The notes beneath the pieces were generated by a model, which was given only the letters and a program-made list of their open reading frames with translations, was not told the DNA's origin and ran no database searches. Made by a program: the position numbers and the translations under genes. A DNA stretch of 64,000 bases from Histomonas meleagridis 2922-C6/04-290x (taxonomy: Eukaryota > Protista > Parabasalia), in assembly GCA_020184695.1 (NCBI GenBank), contig JAANOX010000084.1, forward strand, positions 46,568-110,567. Direction: 5' to 3'. Positions 34,834 to 44,519 of the stretch are shown here, one piece after another (within the stretch, counting starts at the first letter, position 1; each line of letters begins with the position of its first letter).

Positions 34834-36507
34834 ATGGAAAAAGTTTCAAGAAAAGAACTCCTAAAAGAAATAGAAACCTCAATATCTCTTTTTGATAAAG
34901 GCCAAATTAGCCAGGCTTATACGGCGCAAGTTAATTGTATTAATCATATTATCCAATCAAATTTCTATCCTCTTTTAAACAATATTCTAAAGTCACATAT
35001 AGCCACTTGCCTGTCACTTGACAAAAGAGATGAAGCAGCAGTATATTACTTTATTTTATTATCACCAATTCTTAGAAATTTACAGCCAAACATATACTAT
35101 TCAAAATTAAAAGAATTGACGTCTGAAGAACTCGAATCATATGTTAAAAAAGAGTTTCAAGATATTTTCCCAATAAAGTTCAAAATTAAATATTCTCCAA
35201 ATGAAGCAATTGTCGGGAAAAATTCCAAACTAATATTTTCCATTTTTTCACATGTAATATATCCATTAACAATTGACGAGTTAATAGCCGGAATTGGTAA
35301 TGATGAATATACCACAGAAGTTAATGTTCAAAATAACATTAATCTTGACCCACATATTGAACAAAACGTTGAATATGAAAGGCAAATTTCATTTAAAAAT
35401 CAAAGAGAACAAGTCAAATACATTATCATGAGATTTGGAAACTTGAAAGTCATGCTTGAAAAAGAATTTTGTACACCACTTAATGTTTTACCAGATTCCT
35501 CTAAATGCAGAACCGAAATCCAAATTCCTCCAAAGTGTATTCTTGGACAAAATTCATTTGGCATCAAAATAATCTCCGACGATCAAAAACTATTCAATTT
35601 AAATGTCAGTTTTTACCCAAAGAAGAACATTGATGATTTTTTAGTGAATTGCAATTTCAACGATGTAGATTATAATAACCAACCTATATTCATTCCTGAA
35701 ATTGAACCATATTCATCAATATTATTAAATTACAATGTAATTTCTAATATCTCTGCTACAGAAACTTTCCACTTAGAAATTGAATTCGAAACATCATCAA
35801 CTGGAGTAAGTGTGATCACAAAAGAAATGGAAATTGATTTTCAATCTCCATTTTCATATGATTTTAAGTTATTTGATGATTGTTATCAACCAATTCCACG
35901 TGGAACTACAACTCTTTCTGTGAAGAATGGCTCATTCTTTATGGTTGAAACCACGCTTTCAAATGTAGTTGATAGTCCAATTTCAATAACATCAATTGAA
36001 ACATCTTCAAGCATGGTATGTGATGATTTAGGTCTCCCTATTGAGCTTCTCCCAAGCGAAACACTTACATTTGCTCTCAAATTACTCGATAATCATACAA
36101 GAGAAATTGGTGTCACTTTTCTGGCCAACGAAATTCAGAGCACATTGAAACTTAAGCTGCCAACTGTCAAAACCTCCAACAGCAACCTATCGTTTTCACT
36201 CGACTATCCTCTGACTGTAGTAAAAGGAAAAGAGTTCGAAGCTAAAATAATCGTCGAACGTTCAAGTGTAAGAAATATAGATTACTCCCCAATTAAATTA
36301 GTCATCGAAAAGTCGAAAAAGTTTTTGATTAATGGACCAATTCAAGATGACTTCTATATTTTCGAGGGTCAAAAGAAAGTAATCCCAATAAGGTTCTTGC
36401 CATTGGAAGCGGGATCAACAATTCTCCCTGTTATCAATTTGATTAATACTGCGGATGTTTCCAACATCAAAAAGTTTGTTGCGCCAATAGTTGTAACATT
36501 CCATTAA
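34834..36507 (+). CDS. TRAPP large-subunit-like protein (TRAPPC10/C11-like)
   Basis: Helical N-terminus followed by serial Ig-like domains, ending FLPLEAGSTILPVINL. Confidence 0.55.
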   Translation: MEKVSRKELLKEIETSISLFDKGQISQAYTAQVNCINHIIQSNFYPLLNNILKSHIATCLSLDKRDEAAVYYFILLSPILRNLQPNIYYSKLKELTSEELESYVKKEFQDIFPIKFKIKYSPNEAIVGKNSKLIFSIFSHVIYPLTIDELIAGIGNDEYTTEVNVQNNINLDPHIEQNVEYERQISFKNQREQVKYIIMRFGNLKVMLEKEFCTPLNVLPDSSKCRTEIQIPPKCILGQNSFGIKIISDDQKLFNLNVSFYPKKNIDDFLVNCNFNDVDYNNQPIFIPEIEPYSSILLNYNVISNISATETFHLEIEFETSSTGVSVITKEMEIDFQSPFSYDFKLFDDCYQPIPRGTTTLSVKNGSFFMVETTLSNVVDSPISITSIETSSSMVCDDLGLPIELLPSETLTFALKLLDNHTREIGVTFLANEIQSTLKLKLPTVKTSNSNLSFSLDYPLTVVKGKEFEAKIIVERSSVRNIDYSPIKLVIEKSKKFLINGPIQDDFYIFEGQKKVIPIRFLPLEAGSTILPVINLINTADVSNIKKFVAPIVVTFH

Positions 36508-36793
36508 AGTAAATATTTCATATTTCCAATATTTTTATTTTCTAATTAAAGAAAATCAAAATCGATTTTGATCGATCTGATGATTCACTAACCAATTATA
36601 GGGTACTTAAAGGAAATGTTTGGGCGCTAATAAACGTAAAAGAATATTAGTTATATGAATAAAATCTTGAAGATAAAAATAGAGTTTTTTGGATGATTAT
36701 GAATAAGTTCAATTTTTTTGAGATGAAAATGATCGTTATTTTTATTAGCGCGCAAAATGATTTTTGATTCCCGCCAAATTCATATTTGTTCTA

Positions 36794-37456
36794 ATGGCTT
36801 TAGTTAAGTTAATAGCTCACACTCCAGAGCCTGAAAAGGTAATTGCAATAGCAGCACGATTTTGTTATTCAAAGTTTTCAACAGATCAAATTATAGAGAA
36901 AATGACCCAAGATGAAATCAAAAAAAGTATTCGGCACTTAAACAAATTAGGACATGAATCACCAATTGAACATGCTTCATTTACATTTAGTATTTCAAAT
37001 ATTTCACGAGCTTGTATGGCTCAATTAACCAGACATAGAATTGCATCTTTCTCAGTAAAATCGCAAAGATATGTCAATGAAAAGAAATTTACATTTATCA
37101 CTCCACCAGAACTTAAAGATGATAAAGAATATCAATTAATAATGAAGAAGCTTCACGATTCATATGCTCGACTAAAGAAAAAAGGAATAGCTAATGAAGA
37201 TGCAAGGTTTGTCCTTCCAAATGCATGCACTACACAACTTATCACAACAATGAATGCAAGATCATTGAAAAACTTTTTTGCACTCAGATGTTGTTACCGT
37301 GCTCAATGGGAGATTCGTGATGTTGCAGATAAAATGTTGAAACAATGTAAAGAAGTAGCTCCTATTTTATTTGAAAATGCTGGCCCTCCATGCTCGCATT
37401 GTCGCGAAGGAGAACTTGCTGCAAATTGTCCAAGAAAGAAGAAGTTTTCTAAATAA
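36794..37456 (+). CDS. thyX: Flavin-dependent thymidylate synthase
   Basis: GHESPIEHASFTF and the complete signature RHRIASFSVKSQR; EDARFVLPNA; MNARSL; AQWEIR. Confidence 0.95.
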   Translation: MALVKLIAHTPEPEKVIAIAARFCYSKFSTDQIIEKMTQDEIKKSIRHLNKLGHESPIEHASFTFSISNISRACMAQLTRHRIASFSVKSQRYVNEKKFTFITPPELKDDKEYQLIMKKLHDSYARLKKKGIANEDARFVLPNACTTQLITTMNARSLKNFFALRCCYRAQWEIRDVADKMLKQCKEVAPILFENAGPPCSHCREGELAANCPRKKKFSK

Positions 37457-37549
37457 AAATTATTTTGTACTTGCTCGTATCGAACGGACATAGTGAAAAA
37501 AGGCGGTTATTTAAACCGAAACGTCACTTTTCGTATTAAGTAAATATAA

Positions 37550-38323
37550 ATGATAATTGAATTTTGCGGAAAAGACGAAGCAATTCTCCGTAATGTCCCA
37601 AATGAAGTGTGGAATTCATTATCGCAAGCAGATTTAGATGCATTTTACGTTTTAAAAAATCAATTAAGTCATAAATCTTGTCGAAATGAAAAATTTCAAA
37701 ATCCATTTCATGATGAACTTGAAAAAATCAAGGCTTATGTAAACATGAATGAAGAACATTGTCAAGAACGTTCTATACTCACAGGAGTTTATTTTGCATC
37801 AAATTTAATTTGTGTAAATACACAACAACTCAAGAAAATTACCAACAAGTGTAAATCAACCATCAACAATAGCTTCCAACAAATGGGTTTTCTTTCAACC
37901 AAATCTAAAGTAAGGAAATACATAGAAACTTATTTGCCAATCTTGTCAAAATATCCCAAGATTTTACGTCAGTGGACGTTGCGGTACTCAGAGCCACTCC
38001 AGCCGCCAGTTCAATTTAAGAAAATAATCACACCAAAAAGAATTCAATATCCTATTCCAATTATTAATCCTCCAGTTCCTACCGATATTCCGAATCTGAG
38101 CATCAGCTGTACTGAAATAGATTCGATTAATAGTCACGACATCAATTTTTATGATGATTTTCCAAATGATAACAAAGATCAAATGATCAATGAATATTCG
38201 TTCACATCATTCAATGACAGCCAAACGACATTCGAATGGGATATGAGCGAAAAGGAAAACAGTTCTTTGTCGCTACAGAGCGAATTTAATGATGAGCCAA
38301 CAATTGATTACCAAAACGACTGA
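37550..38323 (+). CDS. Initiator-binding-domain (IBD, IBP39-family) protein
   Basis: ERSILTGVYF...ICVNTQQLKKITNKCKSTINNSFQQMGF...RQWTLR is the parabasalid IBD pattern. Confidence 0.8.
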   Translation: MIIEFCGKDEAILRNVPNEVWNSLSQADLDAFYVLKNQLSHKSCRNEKFQNPFHDELEKIKAYVNMNEEHCQERSILTGVYFASNLICVNTQQLKKITNKCKSTINNSFQQMGFLSTKSKVRKYIETYLPILSKYPKILRQWTLRYSEPLQPPVQFKKIITPKRIQYPIPIINPPVPTDIPNLSISCTEIDSINSHDINFYDDFPNDNKDQMINEYSFTSFNDSQTTFEWDMSEKENSSLSLQSEFNDEPTIDYQND

Positions 38324-38421
38324 ACATAATATCTCGAAAATTGCTTCTTTTAGAAAGAATTAAACAGACGAAAACTATAAATATGATAAAAATAAAATAT
38401 AATGTTAATAGTGAATTTGTT

Positions 38422-38670
38422 TTCATATTTCATCAACTATTTAACTGAATGTAATGACAAACAATTTGCAGAAGTGTTTAAGTGTGGAGTTATATCTCAT
38501 AAAGCAAAATCAACAATGTTTAAAATCAAAAAACTTTTTCTTAAATGTTTTCATAATTCATTAACTATTTAACTGAATGTAATGATAAACAATTTGCAAA
38601 AGTGTTTAAGTGTGGAGTTATATTTCATAAAGCAAAATCAACAATGTTTAAAAACCAAAAAACTTTTTTA
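38422..38670. repeat. ~130-bp tandem duplication (2 copies, ~90% identical)
   Basis: AACTATTTAACTGAATGTAATGA...GTGTTTAAGTGTGGAGTTATAT...AAAGCAAAATCAACAATG occurs twice. Confidence 0.9.
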
Positions 38671-39207
38671 GAAGTTGGAGTTAAGAACACAAATAATTTA
38701 TAAAAAAATCACATTTAAATAATATTTTTTTACAATGGAAATAACTATTTCTGAAATGCTGGAATGAAATTGGGGAAAAAGATACATGAGCACACGTGTC
38801 AATATACAAAAGCAACTTATATTTTTATTCATGAAAAAAGTCACATTACTTCTTGCCTTAGGATATACTATTTTTAAAAATGATACATAATGCTAAGACA
38901 TATACATAAAGAACCATCAAATTATATCATTTGATATCCTAAACTTGATATCACCAAAAATACTTTGCGCTGCATAATATATTACAAAGTTTCATATATA
39001 CCATAAAATCGATCTTTATATGTGCAGCAGGGAAATGTTTACAAATGTTTACACATTTTCTAATGCGTACGTGAGCAAAAAATAAATTATGCGCAAAAAT
39101 ATCAGAAAATTGAAAACTCGTTAACTTATATCAAAGGCTCAAAGTTCGCATCTTGAACATTTCCCAAAATTCAAATCGAAAGTTAAATGCATTTAATGTT
39201 TTATTAC

Positions 39208-40218
39208 TCAACTTGTCACATCGATTATTCCTGCGTCACTTAGCTCGTACGTTGCCTCAGCCTCAGGCAACGAAGGCGAGTCATAAATTTTCGCGACTCT
39301 TTCTGCGCCTTTTCCCTTGCGCAAGTACATTCTCGTTGTGGATGCATGCGCTAGGATATGACCTCCTATTGGTTTCGGCGCCTGAACAAACAAAGCGGAG
39401 TCCGGTGAAGCCATTACTTGGTTAGAAATGAACACAGCAATGTTAAACTCCGACGCTAATTTGGTAAGTGCTGCCATCATTTGTCCAAGTGTTTGTTGCC
39501 TTTCAGCAAGTTCACCTCTGCCTGAAAAGTCAACTCTAAAAAGCGCAGTGACGCTATCAATGATTAAAACGCGATATTGATCTTCAGCCATTTGTGCAGC
39601 AGCCGCAAGAATTAATTGCATTTGTTGCTCATGTGTAAATGCTCGAGCATATAATATGTTACCAAGTACTTCATCAGGATCAACACCAAACCTTTGCGCA
39701 ATTATTGGAATTCGTTCCGGTCGAAATGTCCCTTCAGTATCAATGTATACAACTTTACCAGAACCACCGCCTTGACTTAATGGAAGCTGAGATGTAACAC
39801 AAAGTGTATGACATAGTTGTGTTTTGCCTGTCCGGAATTCACCAAAAACTTCAGTGATCGCCATCGATTCAATACCACCACCTAAAAGTTTATCAAGTTC
39901 ACTACTTCCTGTAGTAATATGGATAACACGTGAACGATTTGCTAAACAATCTTTGCCTGACATGAATGAAAATGATGAATCTAATGATGATGCAGCAGCA
40001 ATAATTTTCTCAACTTTAGCATCAGAGATGCCCTTAACATTAGCTAGTTTCTTACGTGTCTCCATTAACACTGCACCAATAGTACAAATACCGGCTTCTT
40101 TAAGTTTTTTAATGTCGCCAATGTTAATGCCTGCTTGTTGAAGTTTCTCAATAGACTCAAACGTAGGCTCTATTTCATCTATCTCATCAACATCTGGAGC
40201 TTGAACACGTTGTTTCAT
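39208..40218 (-). CDS. DMC1: Meiotic recombinase Dmc1
   Basis: GEFRTGKT Walker [19 protein letters not shown] and [15 protein letters not shown] match Dmc1 rather than Rad51 (YRTDYSGRGELSARQ). Confidence 0.88.
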   Translation of the reverse strand: MKQRVQAPDVDEIDEIEPTFESIEKLQQAGINIGDIKKLKEAGICTIGAVLMETRKKLANVKGISDAKVEKIIAAASSLDSSFSFMSGKDCLANRSRVIHITTGSSELDKLLGGGIESMAITEVFGEFRTGKTQLCHTLCVTSQLPLSQGGGSGKVVYIDTEGTFRPERIPIIAQRFGVDPDEVLGNILYARAFTHEQQMQLILAAAAQMAEDQYRVLIIDSVTALFRVDFSGRGELAERQQTLGQMMAALTKLASEFNIAVFISNQVMASPDSALFVQAPKPIGGHILAHASTTRMYLRKGKGAERVAKIYDSPSLPEAEATYELSDAGIIDVTS

Positions 40219-40703
40219 TAAAAAAAATGATTGATGTCGTAACAAGAACGCGCATCATGTGAGTGAGGTGCCCCACTTCACTCAATTAAAAAACGGCTGC
40301 TTCAGTCAATTCTTCATAATTTGACAAAGCTCATACAAAATATTGAAAGAAGAAATTTCGCGCTTTAATTATCATTTTAAAATGGATGTATTGAATAAAA
40401 ATATTCTCTAAAAATATTTCTTATGCCATTAAGAAAGTTGAACAGAATAAAAACTCAAGATGCTGTTAGTTTGAAAAAATATTCAAATTCAAAAGGAAAT
40501 CTTAGTAAAATGATATCAATAATAAACAGTAACAACAACGAGAATATATATTTCCAGGTCTTTTCAATTACAAAATAAGGAAGAATTAAAATGAATCTGT
40601 GCAAATAATTTATCCTGAAATAAAAAGTGACAAATAATTATTCCGAAAATTCAGGGTGCCCCGACAAAGCTTCGTGGCCATACCAACAAAACATCAATCA
40701 TTC

Positions 40704-43391
40704 ATGAAATTACTAAATACTCTTGAAAATATTATTTATCATATGGAAGGAGAAAATCTTGAATCATCAGTTGGACAGACGATGCAATTATTTAAATCGT
40801 TTCAACCAAGCATGAAAAATTTTGTCATTTGTCACACCATTTATTCAGCATTTCTTTCTCAACGAAATAAACTTGATTTATTTTTCGAATATCTGAAGTT
40901 AATTCAAGCAGAAGAAGAAGCAAACCAAAGTCCACCAAAAATCATTGATACCTTTGTTCAATATGTTTCCAAACTTAATGCTTCAGAATCATTTTTTATC
41001 ATTAACAAAATGATTGAACAGCATTTATTTGATCCTAAGATTGATAATAACCTTCCAAACATTTTGGATATGAATGAAGAAGAGATAGAAATGTTAGCGC
41101 ATCGGCTCAACCTTGATGCCAATGGGGATGATTTTAAAATTGTAAAAAAAAAATTGGAGCTTAATAAGAAACATCTTATGGAAGGATATAATCCATCTGA
41201 GATTGCAACAATAATTCGAAATGATGAAATAGAAAAACTTCAAGAATTATCATCACAATCAAATTTTGATTTTGACCAATTTTTTACTTCATCATTTTAC
41301 GAAAGATGTTCATTTATTAATGAAGAAATTGTTTCATTAATTAAATATGCAGCATATTTTGGATCAGTTAAATGTTTTAAATATTTACTTGTGAATGGTT
41401 CTAAAATAGATAACTCAGGTAAATATGCAGTTGCAGGTGGAAATCTTGAAATTATTCATTTATGTGAACAAAATCATTCATCATTTGAAGGTGCATATGA
41501 AGCAGCAATTGAATTCCATCGAAATGATATCTTTCATTATCTTTATGATAATAAAATAGGTGAAATTGATAAATTAGAACAATTAGCAAAGAAATGTATT
41601 TTATATGATAATTATGAAATTTTATCATTTTTGCAAGAAGAAGGAATGAAAATCAATGGTGATATTATGAATGAGGCTGCAGCACAAGGGAATATATTTC
41701 TCGTCCAACATTTTCATGATCAACTCAAACAATTTCCAAATGATATTTTAGTATTTTCATCAGAATCAGGAAATATTGAACTTGTTAAATATATTTTAGA
41801 ACAAAAAGTAAATGATATCGATGTTGTAAATAATCTTCATTTAATAAATTTAAAATTAAAAGTTTTAATTTGAAAATTGTTTATATTATGTTGTACACCG
41901 CTTATGGTTGCTTCTGAGTTTGGTTTCACGGATGTTGTAAAATTACTTCTTGAACAAGAAGGAGCTGACATTAACTTTAAAAATATTTATTTATTTTATT
42001 CAAAAATTATTTTAAAAATTTTATATTTCAAAATAATATTTGGAAATTATTTAAATTATTTTGGACAGCACTTTTATATGCATCTGAAAAAGGTAATACA
42101 GAAATAGTCAAACTACTTCTTGAACAAAAAGGAATTAATGTTAATACGAAAAATATTTATTTGTTTTGTTTAATATTTATTTTAAAAATTTTATATTTAT
42201 GAATAATATTTGGAAATTATTTAAATTATTTAAAACAGCACTTATAATGGCATCTTCAAATGATGATATAGAAATAGTTAAATTACTTCTTGAACATGAA
42301 GGAATTGATATTAATGCTAAAGATATTTATTTGTTTTATTTAATATTTATTTTAATAATTTGATATTTTCTAAGCAATATTTAGAAATTATTTAAATTAT
42401 TTTGTACAGCACTTATGAGAGCATCTAATAAAGGTAATACAGAGACAGTTAAATTACTTCTTGAGCAAAAAGGAATTGATATTAATGCTAACAGTATTTA
42501 TTTATTTTATATTATATATCAAGATAATATTTGAAAATTATTTAAATTATTTGGTACAGCACTTATTTATGCATCCAAAGATGGTTATGTAGATATTGTT
42601 AAACTACTTCTTGAACAAGAAGGAATTGGTATTAATATTAAAGATATTTATTTGATTTATTTGATATTCATTTTAATAATTTTGTATTTCAAGATAATAT
42701 TTAAAAGTTATTTTAATTATTTTGTACAGCACTTATTTATGCATCTATAAATGGTCAAATAGAAGTTATTAAATTACTTCTTGAACAAGAAGGAATTGAT
42801 ATTAATGCTAAAAATATTTATTTGTCTTATTTGATATTCATTTTAATAATTTAGTATTTCAAAACAATATTTGAAAAATATTTAAATTATTTAATACAGC
42901 ACTTATAGAAGCAACTGAAAATGATCAAACAGAAATTGTTAAATTACTTCTTGAACAAAAAGGAATTGATGTTAATGCTAAAAATATTTATTTGTTTTAT
43001 TTAAAATTTATTTTAATAATTTCTAATTTCAAAATATAATTTGGAAATTATTTAAATTATTTGATACAGCACTTATTTTAGCATCTGAAAGTGGATATAT
43101 AGAAATAGTTAAATTACTTCTTGCACATGAAGAAACTGATGTTAATGCTAAAAATATTTATTTGTTTTATTTAAAATTTATTTTAATAATTTGGTATTTC
43201 AAAATAATATTTGGAAATTACTTCTAATATTTTTTACAGCAGTTATGTATGCATCTGAAAATGGTCATACAGAAATTGTTAAATTACTTGAACAAGAAAA
43301 AATTGATACTAATGACAAGGATATTTATTTGTTTTATATGAATTTTATTTAAACAATTTGGTAATTATTTATATTATTTGAAACACATTAG
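40704..43391 (+). CDS. DUF3447-ankyrin repeat gene interrupted by ten non-canonical inserts (48/68/69 nt)
   Basis: ORF to 41873, then nine open ankyrin segments of ~102 nt each, spaced 170 nt apart, ending ETH* at 43391. Confidence 0.8.
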
Positions 43392-43784
43392 CATGTTGAG
43401 ATGCTGATAAATAAACAGTTTATCCACTAAATAATATTATGAAAAAAATTATAGAAACCATTCTTTTAAAATTGCCGCCAAAATTCTTTTCATAAGTAAA
43501 AAAGATGATTTTTTTCATCAGTTAATTATAAATTTTAAGTATAAGGAAAAATGTGCAGTGAATAACTATAGTTACCTACCTCTAATCGAAAAAAATTATT
43601 AAATATTTTAGTGGATTAAAAGTAATTAAATATTTGAGATTGTTATATGTGTTATAGATTGAGAAATATATTTTTAAAATAATGTTTAAGCTTTAATTTC
43701 AAAAATTTAATAATGTATTTAATAACTATACACGAGTCTTCCTGAAATATTTCGATTTATATTCTCTTTACATTTTCTTTTAGG

Positions 43785-44476
43785 AATGACATTACTTTAT
43801 AAATTTAATATTATAATGAATTACTTTATAAATTTAATATTATAATGAATTACTTTATAAATTTAATATTATAATGAATTACTTTATAAATTTAATATTA
43901 TAATGACATTACTTTATAAATTTAATATTATAATGACATTACTTTATAAATTTAATATTATAATGAATTACTTTATAAATTTAATATTATAATGAATTAC
44001 TTTATAAATTTAATATTATAATGAATTACTTTATAAATTTAATATTATAATGAATTACTTTATAAATTTAATATTATAATGACATTACTTTATAAATTTA
44101 ATATTATAATGACATTACTTTATAAATTTAATATTATAATGAATTACTTTATAAATTTAATATTATAATGAATTACTTTATAAATTTAATATTATAATGA
44201 ATTACTTTATAAATTTAATATTATAATGACATTACTTTATAAATTTAATATTATAATGAATTACTTTATAAATTTAATATTATAATGAATTACTTTATAA
44301 ATTTAATATTATAATGAATTACTTTATAAATTTAATATTATAATGAATTACTTTATAAATTTAATATTATAATGAATTACTTTATAAATTTAATATTATA
44401 ATGAATTACTTTATAAATTTAATATTATAATGACATTACTTTATAAATTTAATATTATAATGAATTACTTTATAAT
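43785..44476. repeat. 29/30-bp minisatellite (AATGA[A/CA]TTACTTTATAAATTTAATATTAT), ~23 copies
   Basis: Directly visible; two unit variants interspersed. Confidence 0.97.
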
Positions 44477-44519
44477 TTTAAAAATGTGAGTTAACATATT
44501 ACTTTTTATTTATTTAATG

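Noticed and set aside
39824-40141. Antisense ORFs inside DMC1, GH3, BEACH and others
   Set aside because: Shadow ORFs of real genes with no independent evidence.
41980-43380. CRISPR-like or MITE interpretation of the 170-nt periodic array
   Set aside because: The conserved unit is ankyrin coding sequence; the host is eukaryotic; no cas genes, terminal inverted repeats or consistent target-site duplication.
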